Shown: positions 25,001 to 37,500 of the stretch, one piece after another
Layout of the letters: each line of letters starts with the position of its first letter
How positions within the stretch are numbered: the stretch's first letter is position 1
Assembly: GCF_032191835.1 (NCBI RefSeq)
Contig: NC_083237.1
Coordinates: 40,672,001 to 40,736,000 of the forward strand
Source: Heteronotia binoei
Lineage: Eukaryota
DNA length: 64,000 nt
Direction of reading: 5' to 3'
Position numbers and translations under genes: made by a program
Notes under the pieces: generated by a model
The model's input: only the letters and a program-made list of their open reading frames with translations
The model's database searches: none
Told to the model about the DNA's origin: nothing

Positions 25001-25945
25001 TTATGGAATGAGTTTCTTGTGCATAATCCTCCCAAGAATATTTCCAAAAGCCTCTCTGACCTCCTGGTTTCTTAGGCTGTATATGAAAGGGTTGACCAGA
25101 GGGGGCAGCACTATATAGAGGAGAGAGGAAAATTTTTCTGTACCTCTCTTCCCTTCAGTCTTTGGCAGCATATACACAACAATTAAAGACCCATAAAAAA
25201 TAGAAATAACAGTTAAGTGAGAGGAACAAATAGAAAAGACCTTTTGTCTCCCAGTAGTGGAGGGAATTTTGAAGATGGCAGTGATAACATATACATAGGA
25301 TATCACAGTTAGAAGGAATGGGAAAAGCACAAACATGGCAGCCACTATATAACTCAACAGTCTCAGCATTCTGGTATCACTGCAGGAGAGATCTAGGATT
25401 GGAAAATAATCACAAAAGTAATGATCAATTTCATTGGAGCCACAAAAATTCAATTGCAACATCAAAATGAGCATGGGCAAAAAAATTGTAAATCCATTGA
25501 TCCAAGATGTAGCTGCTAACTGGACACAAGTCTGGGTCTTCATCATGGTTGCATAGTGTAGTGGTTTGCAAATGGCCAAATACCTATCATAAGACATTGC
25601 ACAGAGTAAACAGCTTTCTGAAACGATCAAAAGAGCACAGATATACCACTGTGTGAAGCAGCTGCTGAAAGAAATCACTTTGTTCCCCGTCAAGAGAGTT
25701 GAGAGCATCCTTGGAAATATATTGGAGGTATAGCAACACTCCAGGAAGGAGATGTTCCCCAAGAAGAAATACATGGGAGTATGCAGGCGCTGCTTAAAGA
25801 TTACTAGGATCAATATAAGAATGTTTCCAGTTATGGCCACAATGTAAATCACTAGGAATATCAGGAAAAGAAGAATCTGAAAGTCAGTCACGTCTTGAAA
25901 TCCCAGAAGGATGAATTCTGTTACCTTTGTCTTATTCCCTAACAT
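25001..25945 (-). CDS. Olfactory receptor, class II, intact, 314 aa (OR-2)
   Basis: NKT sequon; LHTPMYFFLGNIS, MSYDRYLAICKPLHY, KVFSICSSHL, NPFIYSLRN; acceptor ttttcaatag upstream of the ATG. Confidence 0.95.
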   Translation of the reverse strand: MLGNKTKVTEFILLGFQDVTDFQILLFLIFLVIYIVAITGNILILILVIFKQRLHTPMYFFLGNISFLECCYTSNIFPRMLSTLLTGNKVISFSSCFTQWYICALLIVSESCLLCAMSYDRYLAICKPLHYATMMKTQTCVQLAATSWINGFTIFLPMLILMLQLNFCGSNEIDHYFCDYFPILDLSCSDTRMLRLLSYIVAAMFVLFPFLLTVISYVYVITAIFKIPSTTGRQKVFSICSSHLTVISIFYGSLIVVYMLPKTEGKRGTEKFSSLLYIVLPPLVNPFIYSLRNQEVREAFGNILGRIMHKKLIP

Positions 25946-27605
25946 CAGGATGTCCTGATAGTCAGATCCTATTGAAAAAGTGAAATGCAAAGCAAAAAGA
26001 TTAATTGGGGAGTGGGGGTGGTATTTTCCATGTTTTGTGTGTGTGTGTATGCCTGAAAGTCACGGTGACCACTACTGGGACATGAAGGACATTTCGAGAA
26101 GCAGCTTGATCCAGCCAGCCTCTGCCTCCCACTGCAGGTATTTTATGGAGGTCTCTCATTCAACAGTTTTCCAGATTTGGCTCTGCTTAGCTTCCAAGAT
26201 CTGATGAGATCAGATTTGCCTGGACTATCCAGGTCAGGGCAAAATGATTAATACTTTTGACAAAGAAACTAAGGTATTAATCTAATGATCTTCCGTTCCT
26301 GAAGGAGGAGCTTTTCTCTTCTCAAAAGAGTGTTGATGCAGCTAAGGAAGACTCATCTACTCAGTGGTGAGATAATATCCTTCAAGGCACAGGACTTAAT
26401 GGTCTTATGAGAGTTACATAGGCTGGTCCCAGGGACAGCTGGCAAGCAGATCAGAAAAGTGCATCCAAATGCACACATCTGCCTCTTGTCCTGTCCCTGC
26501 CCTCACCCCTTCCCTACCTGCATTCCAGCCACCTCAAAAAGGTACCACTTCCAAAGTGGTACCAAATCACTGAGACATCTCCAAGGTGCTTCCCTGATTG
26601 TCTGGATAGCCAGGAAGCACCCTGGGGAGCAGCTGACAGGCGCATGAGCGCTGTGAAATCTTCTCCAAGGAGCCCGCGGCCTGTCCCTGTCTGGATGCCC
26701 CAGGGCACTTTTGTTTCTGCTGGCTCACTTCCAGGCTGGCACACTGCTGCTCCAAGTCAGTGATCTGGACTCAGCCACAGTGGTGCAACCTTCAGATGAA
26801 AAGTTACAACCTCTTATTGGGTCTTCCTTGCTGATCCTCTTTCCCAGAGTTTCATCCTCTATTCATTTAGACTATTCAGCAAGACTATTCATTCAGTGGA
26901 AGAGAGACACTCAATCTAATTTTAACTTTAAAAAACAAATCACATGAAGGTCTGGCCAATCAAATATATTTGTGGTAGAGATAATTTGTCATGTACAAAG
27001 ATTCATTACAGATAGCTGCTGTAATTGAGAACTGACCTCCTTGGGATGTAGAGACACACAATGGGTGGTTCTGATTCATTTGGTTGTTCGCTTTTACTAC
27101 TTACAGCCAAAGGTGGAAGCGGTGGGGCAGGGCGGCATGTGCACTTTTCACTTGAAAGGGAAGGCAGCCTCTAAGGAGTGCAGGCACTGCCCAGCTGCTC
27201 CCGCCTTCCCGAGTCTGGCATGGGTAGAGCCTAGGACACAGAACCTGTGGTGCCAGCCCTGGAGATGATTATGGTGCGGTGGTAAGGGTGGCAAAGCTGG
27301 AATTGGGAAAATGAAGTTCAAATCCTCACTCAGCCACAAAGCTCATTGAGTAAACTAGAGACAGTCAAACTGGGTTTGCTGTGAGTATAAAATGGAGGGG
27401 TGGAATGGAGTACTCTGGTGAAATAGAGTACTCTGAACTCCTTGGAGAAAATTATAATTTAAAAAAATGACCTGAAAATGCTCATTCTGGGGAAGTTTGG
27501 TTACCTCCATGGCTCAGAACTATCATATCATATCTTCACCAGAACCCTCAAACTGATTATGCTGGGGCTGTTTTGCCCTGTTCAAACAGCTGACTTCATA
27601 GCTAA

Positions 27606-28555
27606 CAACCACCACCACCACCTTTATTGGCATTATACACTAAGAAGCATACAGGAGATAAGGAGTACTTAATACAATTAATACACATTAATTGATAGCT
27701 ATTATAGGGATAAGCTTTGATGAGCTGCTTTCCCTGTCAGAACAAGCTGATTTTATTTAAGCAAAGACTCCTGGATATTGAGTTGCAAGAACTGCGTAGC
27801 TGTGCCTCCAGTAAACGTTCTTCTCTGAGATTAGGGATTTCTCCTATAGGAGCGATAGCAACACATTTTTTCTCCCTTAGTGATCCATATACTCACAGAG
27901 CTTAGATATTATCATGTTTTAATGTACTGCCCAGGATTTTAGCTGAGGCCGTGGGCGTCTATTCTTGATCTGATTGGCCTTCCCAGCCAGCACTGTCATC
28001 TGTGCTAGGAAATGGAATAAAAACTGCCATCCCTATGAGATATCATGATGTGAGATGGCTAGGCTGGGCAATATGTGATGTCATGGTAATTTGAGTGAAG
28101 TTGAGTTGTCTGTTTATAAAATGCTTTTATTATATTTTATTGTTTTATTATATGTTGTACTCCACCCTGAGCCCTACGGGGAATGGGCGGAATAGAAATT
28201 TACTGAAATAAATAAAAATAAATAAAATTTATGGAAAGTTTCTGAAGATCCCTTATATGCAGAGATTATGTGAATGTGGAAGAAAGGAAGTAGAAAGTAT
28301 TGAGCATATTCTTCTGTATTGTGATTATTACTCTGACATTCATGTTAAGGATTTAGATCACTTGTTAGTGGATTTAATAGGCCAATCTAATAGCTAGTAA
28401 GTCCCTTTTTCTTCTTTCCTTGAAAAACGCTATGACTATTAAAATGGTGGCAATTTTTTTGTATCTGGCTTCAAAAGGCATGATTTGCATGATTTGTATT
28501 GTATGCCATCTCTCCTGTACACTTCTTAGTATATAACGCCAATAAAGGTTGTTGT
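27606..28555 (+). mobile_element. RTE-X-like 3' fragment carrying an inverted second 3' end; itself interrupted by an L2-type 3' end (~27932-28228)
   Basis: 15-bp TSD TGACTTCATAGCTAA (27591-27605, 28556-28570); KQRLLDIELQEL...FNVLP and YGKFLKIPYMQRLCECG...ESIEHILLYC; GCCAATAAAGG tails at both ends. Confidence 0.8.
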
Positions 28556-28645
28556 TGACTTCATAGCTAAACTGATGTTTCATCTCAGTCTCCCAGCTCA
28601 AGCCTAGCACAAATTACTAGATCATTCATTCTTTCTAATATCAAT

Positions 28646-28858
28646 TACCCACTCCTCCACATGCACCTGCTGGAATGGCATTGGGTTAGCCATAGCTCTG
28701 GCAGAGGTTGTCCTTGAAAGGGCAGCTGCTGTGAGAGCCCTCTCAGCCTCACCCACCTCATGGTGTCTGTTGTGGGGGGAGAAGATATAGGAGATTGTAA
28801 ACGCTCTGAGTCTCTGATTCAGAGAGAATGGCGGGGTATAAATCTGCAATTCTTCTTC
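28646..28858 (+). mobile_element. Squam3-like SINE, 5'-truncated
   Basis: Matches other copies; absent at the paralogous site in units 3 and 4. Confidence 0.8.
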
Positions 28859-29255
28859 AATGGACTGAAATCTCCTGCTTTCTCACTGACATTTGTGCAA
28901 TGTGCACAAGATGCAGCTCTTTCCCTATCTGAAGGTCAATTATCTATGCATACAGACTTTGTTGTTTGCATTTCATAAAAATCAACACTGAGCCTAATAA
29001 TTATTTCCAAAGCAGCCATATTAATGTACATATATTTAAGATTACAGAAATCCTTCAAACATAGATTAACTCCACATAAAGGTTTTGCAACATTATCTTG
29101 TTTTAAATGCCAGTCTCTTGTTTATAAATGCTTCCTTCTTCTAACTAGACAGAATTGGCAAGACAGAGGCACATTAAACAGACAAATATTAAGCATGGTT
29201 CTTTAATACATTTGCTTTTTAGAGGAGCTGAGACAATGTGGCAGAACTCTGTACA

Positions 29256-29390
29256 CAAGGGTGGCCAATGGTAGCTCTCCAGATGTTTTTGCCTACAACT
29301 CCCATCAGCCCCAGCCAGCATGGCCAATGGCTGGGGCTGATGGAAGTTGTAGGCAAAAAACATCCGGAGAGCTACCGTTGGCCACCCCTG
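29256..29390. mobile_element. Palindromic hAT-like MITE
   Basis: caagggtggccaatggtagctctcc...ggagagctaccgttggccacccctg; near-complete hairpin. Confidence 0.7.
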
Positions 29391-30619
29391 TTGTACAGAA
29401 GAGATGAAAACTTCCCCATGTTTCTCTTTAATTCTTGCTCTGGTACCATCTAGAAGAAAGAGGGGCACAAAATATGATCTATTTATTCAATTTATTTTTA
29501 TCTCAGTATTCTCTTACTCCCACTGTGATTATGTTAGAAGGCTAGGCTAACAGAACTTGAAGTGGCTACTTCAAGGACATCAGTGAGTTCCATAGCAGTG
29601 CCAGTATTGGTCTTTACTGTGGGTCTTTATTATAGGCTGCCAATTCTGGCCTGGGAAACAATAGAGATCAGTTCCCTTGTGGAGAGGGTGGGGTGGAATG
29701 TCTGTTTGGAGGGTGAATTCTATGATGTCATTCCCTACTTAGGTCGTTTACCAAACCCAGCCCTCTCCAGGTGTCACTTGGAGTTGTTAATGGTGGGCCA
29801 AAAGGAATGAGAATTGTCTAGTTGATAATATTAAGTCTAGGAAAAGGGCAGCTGGCAAGGCCGAGTCTCCATAATCTAAGGAGGCCAGATAATTCTAGGA
29901 ATAAGAGGTGAAGATTTTCCTGTCCAGGAGAAAGGGGAAAATGCAACTTGCTCTACTAGGGAAAGACAGGCAGCCTAAATCTGCAGTAGAAGAGCAGGAC
30001 CTTGAGCCTACAGCTAAAGAAAAAGGTCCAGCTTCATGGAGCAAACCTAGAGATTAGGATTACCTCATAGGTTTGTCAATTCTGGCTTGGGAAATTCCTG
30101 GAGATTTGTGGGCTGTGCCTGGGGAGGGCGGGCTTTGGAGAGGGGAGGGAGCTCAACAAGGATGTGATACCTAACTTCTGAAGCTGCCAGGGAAAATGAT
30201 CTGTGTTATCTGGAGATCAGCTGTAATTCCAGTAGAACATTTTGCCCTACTTGGAAGATAGCAACCCTCAGTTTGAGACAATCAGAAAAGAGTAATGTTT
30301 GGGAAATAAGATTCTCCCCCCTCCCCCCTTTCAGTGTACTCATTAAGCCCATAAACATCAATTTATGCTAACATATAAGATTATAAGAAGAGTTATCTAC
30401 TCTACTCTCTTGGTTGTTGAGATATCTCATTAGCAAGGGGAAAGCCTTGACACAGGAAGTTTCACATATGGAATTCAGGTATATACCTACAATAAACATT
30501 CAAAGGTAGTTTAAACTGAAAGAATGAGCTTTCTAATGGAGCAAGGTCTAGGGTTGCCAATTCTAGGTAGGGAAATTCCTGGAGGTTTGGGGATGACACC
30601 TGGGGCTAGATTGTTTTGA

Positions 30620-30817
30620 GGATAGAGGTTTACAAGATTATGCATGGGATGGAGAAAGTAGAGAAAGAAGTACTTTTCTCCCTTTCTCACAATACAAGAA
30701 CTCATGGGCATTCGATGAAATTGCTGAGCAGTCGGGTTAAAATGGATAAAAGGCCACTGTGTTGGACTGTATGGGCCATTGGCCTGATCCAACATGGCTT
30801 CTCTTATGTTCTTATGA
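30620..30817 (+). mobile_element. CR1 3' fragment with internal deletion
   Basis: IEVYKIMHGMEKVEKE, nearly identical to 45385-45515; cttatgttcttatg tail. Confidence 0.85.
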
Positions 30818-32479
30818 GGAGGAGCCTGGCAGTTTCTCCAAGGAAACTGATTTGTATGTAACCCTAGCAGGGGCTTGACCCCAATTCTCCACTCTGTGCC
30901 TTTATTTCCTATACCACTTTCCTCCTCCAGTGTGAATTAAATAGAATGTTTATCAAGTGCTCTTTATATTCTGATAAACATCATTTTAACTTCACATCTA
31001 GAAGAAATTATTCTTGCATGCCCTGCCATCTTTCCTGCCATTCTCATTTGGTCTTATCTTTCTCATCTTTCAAAGGAACCAACATTCAGTTCTCAATATA
31101 ATTACTAGTCAAAATGAGAATGCATTAATACTTTTGAGAGGTTGATCAAATATTTCTGTTTCTCTTGACATGGGCAAAAGTCTGAAATAAAGTTCAGTCC
31201 AATATCAGACCCAGAAATATTAATTTATAAGTCTATTTAATTTAATGGGCTTTCTTTATTTAAAAGCTGTTCTCCTAATTTGAAATAGTTGTTCCTTTTA
31301 TCAAGGGGGGAAAAGAACTCCTGACAAAACAGAAACATATTAAGGAATAAAGATGGTGAAATAACAAATAGTTACCTTTCAGAGAAACTTATTCAATGCT
31401 GAAAGTCTTACTAGATCCATTCCCTTTTTGATTTGGGGTGTGTAGGTGTAGAAGAAAACATTTAATGAGCCTCTCTTTTGGTGTATTTAAATAAAAGAAA
31501 CCCATATCCCTCCCAATTAAAATGTAGTTCTCGTTGAAATGTTCTGCTAAAGTCATATACTATGAATAAAACTCAGGGGAATGCAGACAATGAATGTGAA
31601 AATGTTATGTCTCCTAGGATATGGGTTTTGTTTGACTGTTCACCCAAACCCTTCTTCCCTCTGAGAAACTAATAATTTTTCTAAACAGGAATTAATGTCT
31701 TAAAGGGAAGAAAGTATGTTTTGAATCTTTTTTTTTGTACCAACCATCAGGGCTTTTTTTGAGCAGTAACACAATTTCAGATGGCTTGGTGTCAGGTGAT
31801 GTGGCCTAATATGCAAAGGAGTTCCTGCTACAAAAAAAGTCCTGAATGAAATAAGGCCACTTTCTCACTAGCATTGCTCCACCCCCAGGCTTCTGTTTCC
31901 CCTAGCTCAAGAGATTGATTTCCTAACAGTTGCTTCATGGGCGCATTTTGACATGGGGCTCCCTCCAGTGGGCCAGGGGATCCTCCAGTTTGGAGGCCCT
32001 CCTCCTGTTTCAAGGTCATCACAAAGTAGGGGGGTGAGAACGAAAATGTCTGCTGGGCACTCTATTGTACCCTATGGAGACCAATTTCTATAGGGTATAA
32101 TGGAGAATTGATCTGTGGGTATCTGGGGCTCTGGGAGGGGCTGTTTTTTGAGGTAGAGGCACCAAATTTGCAGCATACCATTCAGTGCCTCTCCTCAAAA
32201 CACCTTCCAAGGTTCAAAAGGATTGGACCAGATGGTACAGTTCTTTGAGCCTCCAAAGAAGGTGCCCCTATCCTTCATTCAGATGTGTGGTCTGCCTAAA
32301 TGTGGTTGCCAGGACTCCCTTTGGAATTCAATCATGCTTGTGACAACCTTGCTCCTGGCTCCAGCCTTAGTGCCTCCTGGCTCCACTCCCAAAGTCCCCA
32401 GATATTTTTTTGAATTGGACTTGGCAACCTTATTCCAGTTCACCACTGGTTTTGTGATGCTGTATTTTAAGAACTTTTA

Positions 32480-34590
32480 AGAGATGGCAAGACTGAACAG
32501 TGACATCTTGGAAATCAGTGAACTAAAATGGATGGGAATGGGTGGATTTAACTCAGAGGATCACTACATCTATAATTCTGGGCAAGAGTCCCATAGAAGA
32601 AATGGTGTGGCCTTTATAGTTAACAAAAGAGTGAGGAAGGCAGTAAAGGGATACAATCTCAAAAATGATAGAATGATCTCGGTCCATATCCAAGGCAAAC
32701 CATTCAATAGCACAGTAATCCAAGTCTATGCCCCAACCACTGATGCAGAAGAGGCTGAAGTGGACCAGTTCTATGAAGATCTACAACACCTTCTAGAATT
32801 AACACCAAAAAAAGATGTCCTCCTCATCATAGGGGACTGGAATGCCAAAGTAGGAAGTCAAAAGGTAACAGGAACAACTGACAAGTTTGGCCTTGGAGAA
32901 CAAAATGAAGCTGGGCAAAGGCTAGTAGTTTTGTCAAAAGAACAAACTGGTCATATAGAACACCCTCTTCCAACAACCTAAAAGACGACTCTACACATGG
33001 ACATCACCTGATGGACAACACAGAAATCAGATTGATTATATACTCTGCAGTCAAAGATGGAGAAGCTCCTTACAGTCAGCTACTCATTGCAAAATTCAGG
33101 CTTAAACTGAAGAAAACTGGGGAACCATCAGGCCATTCAGGTTTGACCTTGATCACATCCCTTATGAATATACAGTGGAGGTGAAGAATAGGTTTAAGGA
33201 ACCAGAGTTGATAGACAAAGTGCCTGAAGAACTATGGACGGAGGTTCTTGACATTGTACAGAAGGCAGCAATCAGTACCATCCCAAAGAAAAAGAAATGC
33301 AAGAAAGCAAAGTGGCTGTCTGATGAGGCTTTACAAATAGTTGAGGAAAGAAGGAAAGAAAAAGGCAAAGGTGAAAATGAAAGATTCACCCAACTGAATG
33401 CAGATTTCCAGAGAACAGCAAGGAGAGATAAGGAAGACTTCCTGAAAGAACAATGGATAACAATAGAGGAAAATAACAGAATAGGAAGGACAAGAGATCT
33501 CTTCAAGAAAACTGGAGAAATCAAGGGAACATTTTGTGCGAAGATGGCTATGATAAAGGACAAAAACGGTAGGGACCTAACAGAAGCAGAAGAGATCAGG
33601 AAGAGGTGGCAAGTCAGACGGGTGTTGGAAATGTAAAAAGCATGAAGGTTCTTTCTACCATATGTGGTGGACTTGTGAAAGAGCTAAAATGTTTTGGCAA
33701 ATGATTCAGAAAGAGATTTCTAAGATTTTGGGATATGAATTTAACAAACTTGCAGAGACTTTTCTGCTGGGATTACAAGTGGAAAAATTTCCAAAAGAAG
33801 ATAGAACTTAATATGGTACTTGCTCTCAGCTGCTAGGACATTGTATGCGCAGCTGTGGAAGCAGGAAAAAATACCAGAGAAATGGGATTGGATTATAAAA
33901 GTTATGTCATGGAGTGAAATGGACCAATTAACAAGAAAATTAAGAGACTATTATTTGGAGCTTTTTAAGTTGGACTGGAAGAAGTTCAGAAGATACGTAG
34001 AAAAAGAGTGGAAAATAAAAGGACATTGGACAATTTTTGATAATGGTTAAGTTTCTCTTTTTTAAAAAACAAAAGTATAATTTTTGTTTTTTTAATAGTT
34101 AAAGGTACTTTTAATATTTGGTTTTTTTAAGTAAATAACACTGGCAGGGGTCAAGTAACGGGGGGAGGGGTGGGGGAAAAGTAAGATTTGGGGTAGAAGA
34201 ATTTCTCTTTTTTAAGTCTTTATAAGATGTAGATATAGTTTTGCTGCCATATGTTACTAATAAAAATTGTTTATTAAAAAAAAGGAAGAGGTGACAAGAA
34301 TACACAGAAGAATTGTACAAAAAGGACCTCAATGTCCTTGACAACCATGACAGTGAAATCGCTAACCTTGAGCCAGACATCCTGGAGTGTGAAGTCAAAT
34401 GGGCCTTAGAAAGCATTACTAATAACAAAGCTAGCAGAGATGAAGGTATCCCACTTGAGCTATTCAAAGTCCTAAAAGATCGTGCTATTAAAGTGATGCA
34501 CTCATTATGTCAACAAATCTGAAAAATGCAACAGTGGCCACAGGATTGGAAAAGGTCAGTTTTCCAATCCCAAAGAAGGGTAATGCCTTC
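32480..34590 (+). mobile_element. RTE-BovB LINE fragment (endonuclease to start of RT), split by an L1
   Basis: DILEISELKWMGMG, QVYAPT, IIGDWNAKVG, NQIDY-like, KKKCKKAKWLS, QWPQDWKRS. Confidence 0.9.
33614..34282 (+). mobile_element. L1-clade LINE 3' fragment
   Basis: CWKC...HMWWTC zinc knuckle, G-rich 3' UTR, AATAAA and poly(A); 16-bp TSD AGGAAGAGGTG(G/A)CAAG (33598-33613, 34283-34298). Confidence 0.88.
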
Positions 34591-37500
34591 TTCACACAAG
34601 AAATTCAGTGTGGACCTCGTTATTTTTCTGCTATACTGCAAAGCAACTAGTGGAAAATTGATCACTTATATTCTTCCAGGGGGGAAAAAGGCCTATTTAT
34701 GGCCTAAACAGTCTACAGAGTAGGCCATTTAAACCCCCTTATCCAGCATTATGAAGCAGATGAAAGAAGGCCCTTCCAATAGTCAAACAGAAGATCCCTG
34801 TCCCCAAATTCCTGCTTCATTCTGAAGGTGACTGACTAATCCCATTGTCCTAAGGGAAGGGTGTATGGGTCAGCAACCAGCAGAAAAGCCTGCATGGTGA
34901 AGGTGTGGTCAAAATATATGAGGCTGGATCACACCTCCAAATTAGCCACTTAAAATGCAACAACTCATTCCTTCCTTTTTTCTAGAAGGCCAAGGCAAAC
35001 CAATCCCTGGCATTAGTGCCATGAATTCCACTTCTCATCTTGCTTTCTTATATGTGTGATGAAAAATTCTCATGTTACATTTGATATGTGCACAGCTGCA
35101 TGTGTGACAGAAGCCACACTGTTTTCCTAGTAATGATCCCTAGTTTCATTAGTAAAGTGAATGTATATGTAGGATGAACATATCTTCATATGTTAATTCT
35201 ACACATACATATTTGCGAACAGGCTATGAAGTTCCATGCACTGAATTATCCATCTCTGTTTTGGCCTGGTAGACTAACAGAGGGAGATGGGTGTGTCTTG
35301 GCAATAGGCTTCCCAACCCCCCCGCCCTGGCGGGGGACTCCAGAATTTATAGCCTCCTCCCCCGGTCTCCAAAAGTCCAGAAGCGGGGGGAGGGGGGGAA
35401 CTTCATGCCACTCTCCGGAGAGAGCCTGCCTGATTCCCTGCACCCACCGAAGGCTCGGCACTGGAGTCCAGTCCTCACCCAGGCATGCTAAGCAAGAGCC
35501 GAAAAAGAAGGGAAGGGAGGGTGTGTGTGTGTGTGTCCTGTCCTGTTAGTAAAGAAGATTTGTAGAGGTGGTTGGTGTGTAAATAAACATTCCTTCCAGG
35601 CACAGAGAGAAGGAGATCTAGCAAACATTTTCTCGTCACACAAACCTGCTCTGTGCCTTCACTGCAGAACAGAAAGGCATGAGGTGTTCTTGATGAGATT
35701 TTGAATGATGCATGAACTGATAAACTGCCTTGCCCTCAACCTGTCAGCAGCAACTTCTGCAGAACTTTGCAGTAGAATACTTATTGAGAACTTTTGGGGT
35801 TGTTTTGCCTTTAAGAAGAAAAGCCTCTCTTCCAGAACAGGAAGTGCAGGCAAGGAGTAGTCTTCTGACGCTGTTTTGCTCTGCGACTAAGGTGCTTTCT
35901 AAAGCTTGATTTTAAATGATTTAAGGTATCGGTTTAGAGTGCTTAAGTTTTCGTTTTATGTGCTTCTCAGCCGGGCTGGGCTAAGCGCAGTCCCAGCCTT
36001 GTGTTCTTGTGGAGACTGTTTATTTTTTCATTGTCTTATCTGATTTATTGCCTCCTCTGCTTTTATTGCCTTTGGCTACCCCATGTTCAGCTTAACTTTG
36101 GTATATGCTGGCCCGGGTGTCTGGAACATTCTGAAGAAATTTGTCTTAATTTTTAAAACCTTGCTAAAACTTTGAACCCAGTGGCACCTTTAAGACCAAC
36201 AAAGTTTAATTCAAGGTATATTTTTTCATATGCAAGCATATTTATTCAACTGATTTGCAGATTACAGAAGTCATTTTCACTTGAGAAAATGGGTGTTAAA
36301 ACTAACCTATTTTTATTTGCTAGCATTGTTTTGCTGAGTTAATTATCCTGCTCTCCTTCCCCCCCCCCCTTAAGATATAGCAGGTTTTTTATCACAACAA
36401 ACACACCAAACAAACCAATCCTATAACGACTGGGGGGAGGGATTTTCCAGGTAAAGATCAGATAGTTTGACAGGAATTGTATTTTTTGTGAAAAGGAAGC
36501 AATATAGTTTATTGCATTATGAATATGTTGGTTCTAGATGACTTTTAAACATATTTTTGAGCAATGTTTCCTCTAAGCTGAGTTAGTGTGAGCTAGTTCA
36601 GTTTTTAGTCTCCAGCTCACACATTTTGGTCTTAGCTCAGGAAAAATGGCCCCACATGAAACTAATTTATGCAGGAGCTCATGACTTCAATGCCAATAGC
36701 TCACAAAGTAGATTTTTTGCTCACATGACCCCACAGCTTAGAGGGAACATTGCTTCTGAGTCTCAGGTGTTCTAAATGCAGTACTGCAGATATTGTTTTG
36801 ATATTGTGTTCTTTTCTAATCCCACTAAATGAAAAGATGAATAACTGATACTTGAAAGTATTTCCTGGAATTATGGCATATCTCCAGATTACAAAGTCAA
36901 TTTCTGCTGGAGAAAATGGATGCTTTGGAGGGTGGACTTTGGGAGCATTGTAATCCACTGAGTTCCGTGTCCTCCCCAGGCTCCACCTCCAAGTCTCCAG
37001 GAATACCCCAACCTGGAGCTGGCAACCCTACTCCTGCCTCTGGTCAGTGACAGGTCCTGGCAACCCTAGAGCTATTCTATTACATGATGGTAACCAGAGC
37101 TGCTTATTAGGATTTTTGGTAGGGTTGATATATGCAAACCTCCACTCCCAATTGCTAGACATAGAGGAGGACATAATATGCTCTAGTGTGCATATAAGAA
37201 TTTTCTCTGGTGTGAATTATCTTAAGCTTCCAAATTGCCAAGTTCCTGAAGCATAAAGAGCTACAAATTCTTTTTTGTGGCAAAGAGAATGCAATTGAGA
37301 AATACCTGACCACAGAATTACCAGAGGTATGATAGAGCTACTTAGGCTTGTAATTGTGTTTGACCTGAGAAGACAGCAGTAACTAAGTCTTACTAGGTTG
37401 GGAATGGCTTCCACTGTTTAAGAGGGAAGCCCATATCTGTTTTGAATTAAGTGACATTATTTAGCAAGCTTTCATCCAAATTTGTCAATTAGAATCTTAT

